A model generated the notes under the pieces. That model ran no database searches and was not told where the DNA came from. It saw only the letters and a list, made by a program, of their open reading frames with translations. Below, piece by piece: positions 55,527-64,000 of a stretch of DNA of 64,000 nt (position 1 is the stretch's first letter; each line of letters opens with the position of its first letter). The position numbers and the translations under genes were made by a program. The stretch spans positions 1,024,001-1,088,000 of the forward strand of contig CAWCAG010000005.1 in the NCBI GenBank assembly GCA_963793425.1. The letters run 5' to 3'. Source of the DNA: an uncultured cyanobacterium. Lineage in GTDB: Bacteria > Cyanobacteriota > Cyanobacteriia > Cyanobacteriales > CAWCAG01.

Positions 55527-58445
55527 ATGACACTTACACAGGTTTGGGGTTTATTACTTATCCTCATAGTTTGTCCCCTTTTGGGAGGATTACCCCTGAT
55601 TGCTTGGCTAACTTTTGCTTTAACAGGGAAAAATCTCCGGCAACTGGGTACAGGGAATGTTTCTGTTTCTGCTGCTTTTTATCATGGTGGCAAAGTTGTT
55701 GGTATTTTAGGCGTTTTATCAGAAGCTTTTAAAGGTATTGCTGCTGTCTTGTTAGCCCGTTACTTTTTCCCTACTGAAACTGTTTGGGAATTAGTGGCCT
55801 TAATTGCCTTAATCATGGGACGTTTCTGGATGGGGAAAGGGGCCGGAACTACCAATGTTGTTTGGGGTATGGTAGTTCATGATCCGATTACCGCAGCCCT
55901 AGTTTTCTTTTTAGGGGGTATTAGTTTTACCATTCTGCGGCAACGGGAATCTGGCCGCATCAGTGTTTTAATTTTACTACCTTTAGTTTTAGGTTTACGT
56001 CATAGTCATGAACCAGAAAGAATTTGGGGGGCGATCGCCCTTTCTGGTTTAATCTTCTGGATATATCAACAAATTCCTGATGATTTAGATTTGCCGGCTA
56101 CTGAAGGAAAGGTGGAGTCACAGAAGATGTTTCGTTTTTTTAGGGGCGATCGCGCTATTATCTCTCTCAATCAAAAACTTGACCCCGCTAAGGTGGGGGA
56201 AAAAGCTGCTAATTTGTCTCAATTGAAAAGTTGGGGTTATAACGTTCCCCCAGGTTGGGTTTTACTTCCAGGAGATGATTCTCAACCCTTAGTGAGTTTT
56301 TTGCAACCTTCAGAGGGTAATCCTTTGGTAGTTCGTTCTTCTGCCCTTGGTGAAGATTCTGTAGCTGCTTCAGCCGCCGGGCAATATTTATCGGTTTTAA
56401 ATGTGACTGATAAAAGGGCTTTGTCAACAGCTATTCTTAACTGTCTTGCTTCTTATAATATTCCTGCTGCTATTAAGTATCGTGATGATCGCAGTCAAGA
56501 AGATACTTCTATGGCAGTGTTGGTACAAAAACAGATCCAAGGTGTCTTTTCTGGGGTTGCTTTTAGTCGTGATCCAGTAGATCAGCTTAGTCAAGCTGTG
56601 GTGATTGAAGCTTTACCAGGAGATGCAGTCCAAGTGGTTTCCGGGCAGGTAACTCCGCAGCAATATCGAGTTTATCCTCAGAAATTGAATTCCCAGGATA
56701 AAACTAATCAACTAAGGGATTCGGTGATTGAAGGTACAGGAGATGTTCCCCCCAACATACTCCAAAAGGTTGCCAAGGTAGCTAGGGAATTAGAAAAGCG
56801 TTATCACGGTATTCCCCAAGATATTGAGTGGACTTATGATGGCAAAAAACTTTGGTTACTGCAAACACGACCGATAACTACTCTTTATCCGATTTGGACA
56901 CGCAAAATTGCGGCTGAAGTGATACCAGGGGTTATTCGTCCCCTTACTTGGTCAATTAATCGCCCCCTTACCTGTGGAGTTTGGGGAGATATTTTTACTC
57001 TGGTTTTGGGGGATGGGGCTAAAGGTTTAGATTTTAAACGTACAGCAACTCTCCATTACCAAAGGGCTTATTTCAATGCCACTCTCTTAGGAGAAATTTT
57101 CCGCCGCATGGGTTTGCCTCCAGAAAGTTTGGCATTCTTAACTAGAGGAGAAAAGTTTAGTAAACCGCCTTTGAGTTCAACTTTACGCAACTTACCTGGT
57201 TTGCTGCGGTTACTGAAGCGAGAGTTAAGTTTAGAAAAAGACTTTGACCGAGATTATCAACTTGAGTTTGCCCGAATTCTGGTTAAAGTTAACGCTCAAG
57301 ATCCTGATCAGTTGTCTCCTACCCAACTTCTAGAAAGAGTAGATACAATCCTTTTAGCCCTGAAACAAGCAACTTATTACAGCATTTTAGCTCCTTTAAG
57401 TTTAGCCATCAGACAAGGATTGTTCAAGGTCGATCCAGGGCAATTGGATAATAGCAGTACCCCAGAAGTAGAGGCGGTTAATAGTTTGGCAACTTTAGCT
57501 GCTAACACTCGTAATTTGCTGCCCATGAAACGCTTAGCTTCTGATAGTTGCCCTGCCCTATTTGCCCAGATTGCTGAAATGACTGATGGAACTAGCATTT
57601 TAGAACAGTTCGATCAATGGTTGGAACGCTACGGTTATCTGAGTGAAGCAGCAACGGATATTGCGATTCCCCGTTGGCAAGAAGATCCTCGACCTGTTAG
57701 AGAGTTATTTGCTAGATTTTTATTGAGTGGTGATGAGGGAAGAGAATCTCAGCCTTCCGGGTCAAAGAACTGGCGAGTTAAATTAGTACAAAGAAGACTT
57801 GATCTTAAAAGTTTAGTCACAGAGATTTATAGCCAATTATTAGCCCATTTACGTTTTTGTTTTGTGGCTATAGAAAAACAGTGGTTAACAACAGAATTGC
57901 TGGCAGTTAAAGGAGATATCTTTTTTCTCAAAATTGGCGAAATTCGTCGTTTAATTACGGAAGAAAACTCTGAATTGAGGGGGCGAATTCCTCAGTTAAT
58001 TGCCCAGAGGCGATCCCAATTTAAAGCAGACAAGAAGCTAGCAACTGTTCCTTACCTCGTCTACGGCAACACTCCAGCATCTTCATTTATTCCTCCTACC
58101 TCCACCTCTCCTGGTCAAAGATTGCAAGGCATCGGCGCAAGTCCAGGTAGATTTGTAGGAAGAGTCAGAGTGGCGCGAAATTTGCAAAATATAGGTGAGG
58201 TTGATAAAGAAACTGTTTTAGTAGTTCCTTACACAGACTCTGGTTGGTCACTTTTGCTTTCTCAAGCAGGAGGTTTAATTGCAGAAGTAGGAGGTCGTCT
58301 TTCCCACGGGGCTATTGTCGCCCGTGAGTATGGCATTCCTGCGGTGATGGATATTCATGATGCTACCCAAATATTCCAAGATGGCCAGCAGGTGTTGATT
58401 GATGGACAATCAGGAATAGTGGAGACAATGAACAATGATGCCTAA
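55527..58445 (+). CDS. PlsY-like acyltransferase domain fused to a PEP-synthase/RPH-like ATP-grasp and phospho-His swivel domain
   Basis: N-terminal TM PlsY-like region (GTGNVS, EAFKG, GKGAG); GEKAANL, VRSSALGEDS..AAGQY, DIEW..LQTRPIT; LSHGAIVAREYGIPAV. Confidence 0.85.
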   Translation: MTLTQVWGLLLILIVCPLLGGLPLIAWLTFALTGKNLRQLGTGNVSVSAAFYHGGKVVGILGVLSEAFKGIAAVLLARYFFPTETVWELVALIALIMGRFWMGKGAGTTNVVWGMVVHDPITAALVFFLGGISFTILRQRESGRISVLILLPLVLGLRHSHEPERIWGAIALSGLIFWIYQQIPDDLDLPATEGKVESQKMFRFFRGDRAIISLNQKLDPAKVGEKAANLSQLKSWGYNVPPGWVLLPGDDSQPLVSFLQPSEGNPLVVRSSALGEDSVAASAAGQYLSVLNVTDKRALSTAILNCLASYNIPAAIKYRDDRSQEDTSMAVLVQKQIQGVFSGVAFSRDPVDQLSQAVVIEALPGDAVQVVSGQVTPQQYRVYPQKLNSQDKTNQLRDSVIEGTGDVPPNILQKVAKVARELEKRYHGIPQDIEWTYDGKKLWLLQTRPITTLYPIWTRKIAAEVIPGVIRPLTWSINRPLTCGVWGDIFTLVLGDGAKGLDFKRTATLHYQRAYFNATLLGEIFRRMGLPPESLAFLTRGEKFSKPPLSSTLRNLPGLLRLLKRELSLEKDFDRDYQLEFARILVKVNAQDPDQLSPTQLLERVDTILLALKQATYYSILAPLSLAIRQGLFKVDPGQLDNSSTPEVEAVNSLATLAANTRNLLPMKRLASDSCPALFAQIAEMTDGTSILEQFDQWLERYGYLSEAATDIAIPRWQEDPRPVRELFARFLLSGDEGRESQPSGSKNWRVKLVQRRLDLKSLVTEIYSQLLAHLRFCFVAIEKQWLTTELLAVKGDIFFLKIGEIRRLITEENSELRGRIPQLIAQRRSQFKADKKLATVPYLVYGNTPASSFIPPTSTSPGQRLQGIGASPGRFVGRVRVARNLQNIGEVDKETVLVVPYTDSGWSLLLSQAGGLIAEVGGRLSHGAIVAREYGIPAVMDIHDATQIFQDGQQVLIDGQSGIVETMNNDA

Positions 58446-58848
58446 CGGCAACGGCAAAGCCGAACAGTTATCAGTGAACAGCGTCGGGTCAAAAGTAATA
58501 AGTAATAAATTTGACTATCAACGATGAACCTATCCCACTAACAGTTATATAAACATCTCCATAGGCTTTTTTGTTCAGGACTTACACACTCAGCGCCTGT
58601 AACCCTCTCCTCCCTACTCCCTTCTTTTAAGATTTTTAATTTTCAGATACAAAAAGCAACAAAACTTTAATCAATTTCTCGATTACTGCATAAGAATTGC
58701 ACAAAGACCTTGGTTGAATGGTTCTAGTCCGAAAGCTACTGAATTACTGACCACAAATTAATTGTTTCTGATTGTTGAGTTTATTAGAAACCAATTTTAT
58801 AAAGTTAGGTTTTTCAGTGTTTCTCAGAAAAATTTAGGAGAAGATTTA

Positions 58849-59367
58849 ATGTTAGACGCATTTACAAAAGTTGTTTCTCAGGCAGATGCCAGAGGCGAAT
58901 ACTTATCCGGCGATCAGTTAGATGCTCTTAGCCAAATGGTTAGCGAGAGCAACAAGCGCATGGATACTGTTAACCGCATCACCAGTAACTCTTCGGCTAT
59001 CGTTACCGATGCAGCTCGTGCTTTATTTGCTGAGCAGCCTCAGCTAATTGCTCCTGGTGGAAATGCTTACACCAGTCGTCGTATGGCAGCTTGCTTACGT
59101 GACATGGAAATTATCCTTCGTTATGTAACCTACGCCATCTTCTCTGGTGACGCTAGTGTTTTAGAAGACCGTTGCTTAAATGGTTTACGTGAAACCTACC
59201 AAGCTTTAGGAACTCCTGGAAGTTCTGTAGCAGTAGGCGTTAACAAAATGAAGGATGCTGCTGTTGCGATCGCTAACGACAAAAACGGCGTGACATCTGG
59301 TGATTGTAGTTCTTTAATGTCTGAAGTAGGCAGCTACTTTGACCGTGCAGCTTCTGCTGTTAGCTAA
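58849..59367 (+). CDS. cpcB: Phycocyanin beta subunit
   Basis: [36 protein letters not shown] before ATG at 58849. Confidence 0.98.
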   Translation: MLDAFTKVVSQADARGEYLSGDQLDALSQMVSESNKRMDTVNRITSNSSAIVTDAARALFAEQPQLIAPGGNAYTSRRMAACLRDMEIILRYVTYAIFSGDASVLEDRCLNGLRETYQALGTPGSSVAVGVNKMKDAAVAIANDKNGVTSGDCSSLMSEVGSYFDRAASAVS

Positions 59368-59430
59368 CTTCTTATCTAGATACAGCTCATTAAAATTATC
59401 AACTTTTTTGTAATACAAGGTATATAACCC

Positions 59431-59919
59431 ATGAAAACTCCCCTTACTGAAGCAGTATCCACAGCAGACGCTCAAGGTCGCTTCTTAAGCAGCAGCGAAA
59501 TTCAAGTTGCTTTTGGTCGTTTCCGCCAAGCTAGCGCTAGCTTAGAAGCTGCTAAAGGTCTAACCAGCAAAGCTGATAGCCTCGTTAGCAGTGCAGCACA
59601 AGCTGTTTACAAGAAGTTTCCTTACACCACCCAAATGGATGGTGCTAACTACGCTGCTGACCAACGTGGTAAAGATAAGTGCGCTCGTGACATCGGTTAC
59701 TACCTCCGCATGGTAACTTACTGCTTGGTTGCTGGTGGTACAGGCCCCATGGATGAGTATTTAATCGCTGGTATTGCTGAAATCAACAGCACCTTCGACC
59801 TATCTCCTAGCTGGTATGTAGAAGCTCTCAAAAGCATCAAAGCTAATCACGGTTTAAGTGGTGACCCTGCTGTCGAAGCTAACTCCTACATCGACTACGC
59901 TATTAATGCTCTTAGCTAG
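59431..59919 (+). CDS. cpcA: Phycocyanin alpha subunit
   Basis: [27 protein letters not shown]. Confidence 0.98.
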   Translation: MKTPLTEAVSTADAQGRFLSSSEIQVAFGRFRQASASLEAAKGLTSKADSLVSSAAQAVYKKFPYTTQMDGANYAADQRGKDKCARDIGYYLRMVTYCLVAGGTGPMDEYLIAGIAEINSTFDLSPSWYVEALKSIKANHGLSGDPAVEANSYIDYAINALS

Positions 59920-59932
59920 ATAAATTCTAGTA

Positions 59933-60007
59933 GCTCGGAATTGTAGGTGACTATTAAGCAGACAGTTACTGTTTGATGGTTTCCCATAATTCCGAGCAGT
60001 TTTTTTA
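59933..60007 (+). terminator. Stem-loop after cpcA (terminator/mRNA stabiliser)
   Basis: GCTCGGAATT ... AATTCCGAGC followed by a T-run. Confidence 0.7.
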
Positions 60008-60039
60008 ATAACAGTATTAAGCAAAATGGAGTATAGCCA

Positions 60040-60864
60040 ATGGCCATCACAACAGCCGCATCTCGTTTAGGAGTCTCTGCTTTTAGCGAGACAAATTCTG
60101 TAGAGTTACGTCCTCATTGGACTCAGGAAGATGCCCAAGTTGCCATTAGTACAGTTTATAGACAAGTACTAGGCAATGACTACATCATGGAGTCAGAGCG
60201 TCTTACTAGTGCAGAATCTTTACTTTGCAATGGCTCAATTTCTGTACGGGAATTTGTCAGAGCGGTAGCTAAATCAGAATTATATAGAAACAAATTTTTC
60301 TATAACAACTATCATCCTCGCACCATTGAACTGAACTTTAAGCATTTACTTGGTCGCGCCCCTTACGATGAAGCTGAGATTATTGAGCATCTCGATATTT
60401 ATCAAAATGAAGGATTTGATGCAGATATTGATTCCTACATCGATTCTGAGGAGTATACCTCTAACTTTGGCGATAATATCGTACCCTACTACAGAGGTTT
60501 TTCGACCCAAAATGGTCAAAAAACCACTGGGTTCACTCGTATCTTCCAACTTTATCAAGGTTATGCTAACAGCGATCGCGCCCAAAGCAACACAGGCAGC
60601 CCTCGCTTAACCTACGATCTAGCTCGTAATATCACCAGCCCAATTCGTAATTCGGCTGTAGGACAAAATCTTACTGGTGCAACCACAACAGAGCGAGGAC
60701 AAACTTACCGCCTGCGGGTTTCCCAAGGTGCGCGAGGACGTGCGCCTCAATTACGGCGTAGCATCAAAGAATATGTCGTTCCTTACGAAAGACTTTCCCC
60801 AACCTTAAAAAAACTTAATCAGCTTGGCTGTCAGGTTTTAAGCATTACCAATGCTTCAAATTAA
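60040..60864 (+). CDS. cpcC: Phycocyanin rod linker polypeptide
   Basis: [27 protein letters not shown], CpcD-like C-terminus. Confidence 0.93.
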   Translation: MAITTAASRLGVSAFSETNSVELRPHWTQEDAQVAISTVYRQVLGNDYIMESERLTSAESLLCNGSISVREFVRAVAKSELYRNKFFYNNYHPRTIELNFKHLLGRAPYDEAEIIEHLDIYQNEGFDADIDSYIDSEEYTSNFGDNIVPYYRGFSTQNGQKTTGFTRIFQLYQGYANSDRAQSNTGSPRLTYDLARNITSPIRNSAVGQNLTGATTTERGQTYRLRVSQGARGRAPQLRRSIKEYVVPYERLSPTLKKLNQLGCQVLSITNASN

Positions 60865-60887
60865 CATCAATGAGGAGAAATATTTAA

Positions 60888-61742
60888 GTGGCAATTACAA
60901 ACGCAGCTTCCCGTCTTGGGGTTTCGGCTTTCAATGATAGCCAGCCGGTGGAATTACGTCCTAACCCGAATCAAGACGATGTTAAAGCTGTAATTAGAGC
61001 TGTTTATCGCCAGGTGCTTGGTAACGACTATGTTATGGCTTCTGAGCGTCTTACAGCGACGGAATCATTACTTTCCAATGGCTCAATTACAGTGCGAGAC
61101 TTCGTTAGGGCTGTAGCTAAATCAGAACTATATAAGTCAAAGTTCCTTTATAATAGTTTCCAAACTAGAGTTATTGAGTTAAATCTCAAACATCTACTTG
61201 GTCGCGCTCCTTATGATGAATCAGAGGTAGTTTATCACCTCGATCTTTATCAAGAACAGGGTTTTGAAGCAGATATCGATTCCTACATTGATTCTGTAGA
61301 ATATGACGAAAACTTTGGTGACAACATTGTTCCTTACTATCGTTTTACTACCCAACCTCGACAAAAAACTGTTGGTTTTACCCGGATGTTTCAACTCTAC
61401 CGGGGTTATGCCAATAGCGATCGCAGCCAAATTGGCGGGACAGAATCCCGTCTGGCTAAAGAATTAGCGATGAATAGTTCTTCTGCGGTAGTAGGGCCTT
61501 CTGGAGGTAATGAAGGTTGGGCTTATCAAGCTTCCAAGCAAGGTACAACCCCTAACAAAACCTTTAAAACCCCTAATGCTGAACGTATCTATCGGGTGGA
61601 AATAGCGGGGATGAATTTACCACGATATCCCAAAGTGCGTCGTATTAATAAAGCCCTTTTAGTTCCCTATGACAAGCTCTCAGAAACCCTCCAGAAAGTT
61701 AATAAAATGGGTGGTAAGGTTGCTAGTATAACTGTGGCTTAA
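60888..61742 (+). CDS. cpcC: Phycocyanin rod linker polypeptide (second copy)
   Basis: Same linker motifs; [17 protein letters not shown]. Confidence 0.93.
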   Translation: MAITNAASRLGVSAFNDSQPVELRPNPNQDDVKAVIRAVYRQVLGNDYVMASERLTATESLLSNGSITVRDFVRAVAKSELYKSKFLYNSFQTRVIELNLKHLLGRAPYDESEVVYHLDLYQEQGFEADIDSYIDSVEYDENFGDNIVPYYRFTTQPRQKTVGFTRMFQLYRGYANSDRSQIGGTESRLAKELAMNSSSAVVGPSGGNEGWAYQASKQGTTPNKTFKTPNAERIYRVEIAGMNLPRYPKVRRINKALLVPYDKLSETLQKVNKMGGKVASITVA

Positions 61743-61874
61743 AAGCTAGGTAATAGGTAATGGGTAATGGGAAAAGAATATTGTTACTTTGATTAAGTGT
61801 TCTTTGTTCTCTGTTGCCTGTTCCCTATTTCCTTTTTTTAAAGGGAAATTTATTTGTAGTAGGAGATAGGAAAA

Positions 61875-62141
61875 ATGTTAGGAAAATCAGTTATTGGTGG
61901 TAGAGGTGGTTCTTCGTTAAGTAATCGTACCTTTGTGTATGAAGTAACTGGATTAAGACAAAACAATCAAAACGATAGCAATAGTTATTCTTTTCGTAGT
62001 AGTAGCAGCGTCTTTATTCAGGTTCCCTATAATCGCATGAATGAAGAGATGCAGCGCATTACTCGTATGGGAGGAAAAATTGTTAATATTCGTCCGTCCG
62101 ATATGTCCGACAGTTCAAGCAAAAAAGATAGTTCTAAATAA
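61875..62141 (+). CDS. cpcD: Rod-capping linker CpcD
   Basis: FVYEVTGLRQ..VPYNRMNEEMQRITRMGGKIVNI. Confidence 0.95.
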   Translation: MLGKSVIGGRGGSSLSNRTFVYEVTGLRQNNQNDSNSYSFRSSSSVFIQVPYNRMNEEMQRITRMGGKIVNIRPSDMSDSSSKKDSSK

Positions 62142-62239
62142 TTAGTTACTTTCTTGAATGGTAAGGAGGAAAAGTCACTTCCTCCTACCCCTAAAAGTTT
62201 ATTAAAATCAAAATATTAAAATTACTAGGAAGAGAGTTA

Positions 62240-62977
62240 ATGGTTACTACAGATCAGTCCTCTCTTAGAGAAAGTCAACATATTCTCATTCGTGATTTAG
62301 CTAATTGTATTGAGGAGAGTTGGGAACGTTACTTAGAATTATCTCCCTACGAAATACCAGAGGATCTTGGTTATGTGGAAGGAAATTTAGAAGGGGAAAA
62401 GCTAGTTATTGAAAATCGCTGTTATCAAACCCCTCAGTTTCGCAAACTACATTTAGAATTAGCAAGGGTTGGCGATCGCTTAGATATTCTCCACTGTGTG
62501 ATGTTTCCGCGTCCGAATTATCCTCTACCCATCTTTGGTGCTGATTTGGTGGGAACTCAAGGTGGAATTGGGGCAGCTATTGTTGATTTATCCCCTGCTA
62601 ATCAGGATCGCGTTTTAGGGGAAAATTACGGCCAGGAGTTAGCAAATCTAGATGCAGTGGAGTTTTCCCAACCTCGTGATTTACCAGCTTGGGGAGATAT
62701 TTTTTCTCAATTTTGTTTGTTTGTACGTCCTACAGATGCTTCTGAGGAAAGGCTTTTTCTGAACCGAGTTCAGCAATTTCTTAGTCTACACTGTCAAATT
62801 GCTATTGCTACACCTCCTGTCTCTTCTGGGCTTCAGGAAGCAGAGATATTACAAGGACAGCGTTATTATTGCCAAAAGCAGCAACAGAATGATAAGACAC
62901 GGCGAGTATTAGAGAAGTCTTTAGGGGAAGCTTGGACTGAGCGTTATATGACAACAATGCTCTTTGATGTTGCTTAA
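62240..62977 (+). CDS. pcyA: Phycocyanobilin:ferredoxin oxidoreductase
   Basis: [38 protein letters not shown]. Confidence 0.95.
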   Translation: MVTTDQSSLRESQHILIRDLANCIEESWERYLELSPYEIPEDLGYVEGNLEGEKLVIENRCYQTPQFRKLHLELARVGDRLDILHCVMFPRPNYPLPIFGADLVGTQGGIGAAIVDLSPANQDRVLGENYGQELANLDAVEFSQPRDLPAWGDIFSQFCLFVRPTDASEERLFLNRVQQFLSLHCQIAIATPPVSSGLQEAEILQGQRYYCQKQQQNDKTRRVLEKSLGEAWTERYMTTMLFDVA

Positions 62978-63065
62978 AATGCTCTTACTCTGTGATTAAA
63001 TCAATTAACTTTTTTGGTGTTTCTTCAACTAAATTAAAGGCAGCTTCTTCAGAATTAGAATGAAG

Positions 63066-63174
63066 ATATAGCAATTCTTAGCCACATGAGGTACATAGCT
63101 TTTCCTCATTCTCCCTACTCCCTGCTCCCTCAAACCAGGAATTTAGTACCTCACAAGTAAGAGAATTGCCATAT
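63066..63174. mobile_element. 109-bp MITE-like element with 29-bp imperfect TIRs
   Basis: ATATAGCAATTCT..TGAGGTAC / GTACCTCA..AGAATTGCCATAT; internal CTCCCT(A/G) repeats. Confidence 0.65.
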
Positions 63175-63644
63175 AAGACTTACTTTCTCTCACGAAATGG
63201 CGATTTTGTCAAAGAGCGATACAATGCTTAACAAAAAAGAAGTGTTAGCAAGGCAATTGTATTAAAGCAATACAAGCTTTTTGATGCTGTTATATTTACG
63301 AACGGATAAGGGTTTGAGACGATATGCCTTAGCTTCAGACTTTTTTTTCATAAGAATGGCCAGTATAGCAGTATTTAATAACTTGTTCTCAAGCATACTA
63401 TAGAGGAAAAGCCTACGAATAGGTTGTTGAGCTAAGCTTCATATCAGTTAACAAAAGCTCAGAAAAGTTGCTTGGTTTAAATAATTGTTTGGATAACCAG
63501 AATAAATAAAAGTTTTGCTTATGAGTACTTAGAGCAAATCTAAAATCGGAAGCATCTCAGTTTTGCCAAAATAAAGAAATCAGGAAAAATAGAAGCTGAA
63601 GTTTCCTGAAAAAAGAAATAGCATCAATATGTTCATATGAGTCT

Positions 63645-64000
63645 TTAGGATTCAGCCCAATAGTCTTGTTGGTCACCGCTTTCCTCATTTTCGTTGCTAT
63701 AGGTTTTAAGTTTTTCGCGAAGCAAATTTAATTCATATTCAAATAAGCTATCTTCTTCTGGAGTTGTCAAGGAGACAAGCTCATCAACTTCAACTTCTTC
63801 TGGAGTTGAAAAAGAGACAAGCCCATTAACTTCCTCCTCTTCTGGAGTTGAAAAAGAGATAAATGCTTCAAAATCATCCTCCTTTTTAGTGGTAAACTTG
63901 AAAGCTGCTTTACTTGGAAACCTTATAACTATTTCACCCTGAATAACCTTGCCTTCATAAAGCTTTTTACGGCATTCACAGTCTATTGCTTGTCCAAATT
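63645..64000 (-). CDS. 3' part of an acidic hypothetical protein running off the window
   Basis: Open frame FGQAIDCECRKK...QDYWAES* with about three 14-aa (42-bp) repeats LVSFSTPEEVEVDE. Confidence 0.55.
   Translation of the reverse strand, partial: FGQAIDCECRKKLYEGKVIQGEIVIRFPSKAAFKFTTKKEDDFEAFISFSTPEEEEVNGLVSFSTPEEVEVDELVSLTTPEEDSLFEYELNLLREKLKTYSNENEESGDQQDYWAES

Larger units (their letters stand above)
1284..62478. repeat. HIP1 octamer GCGATCGC dispersed throughout
   Basis: Many copies, e.g. 1284, 2850, 4882, 11924, 37699, 62471; a cyanobacterial hallmark. Confidence 0.9.

Noticed and set aside
58762..58848. N-terminal extension of CpcB in the ORF track
   Set aside because: The canonical MLDAF start with an AGGAG RBS is at 58849.
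1..64000. tRNA, rRNA or known riboswitch
   Set aside because: No cloverleaf, rRNA-like or recognisable riboswitch consensus was found by eye; a covariance-model scan would be needed to exclude them.

Overview
Chromosomal window from a cyanobacterium, judged from psbI, the cpcBA-C-C-D-pcyA phycocyanin operon, a CAB-domain ferrochelatase, abundant HIP1 GCGATCGC and STRR-like heptamer repeats. Most of it is housekeeping and signalling genes: trmFO, ilvD, hemH, a hisS-like gene, dnaK-dnaJ, an Omp85, three class III nucleotide cyclases and a GH57 enzyme. Three decayed or accessory patches stand out. (1) 3.3-5.0 kb: an orphan antitoxin, a truncated toxin, a MITE-like element and a truncated HTH-NTPase. 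(2) 10.2-13.5 kb: DUF29, a PtuAB/Septu-like AAA+HNH pair with no reverse transcriptase, an internally deleted ISL3 with intact TIRs and an 8-bp target duplication, and a DUF433/PIN TA relic. (3) 37.1-38.8 kb: a 5'-truncated ankyrin gene, a small membrane ORF and an HTH-COR chimera. The most intriguing signal is an architecture seen twice: a small hydrophobic ORF divergent from an Xre-like HTH fused to an immune-type domain (P-loop NTPase or COR), with short phased direct repeats and a GTAG-type REP hairpin in the spacer. Other candidates are a PlsY-dikinase fusion, a Crp/DUF2892/PetC/rhodanese-like module, a Fur-box-like MCO plus GGE-lipoprotein pair, and a MITE family that abuts start codons. 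All calls come from reading motifs by eye; no database search was run.
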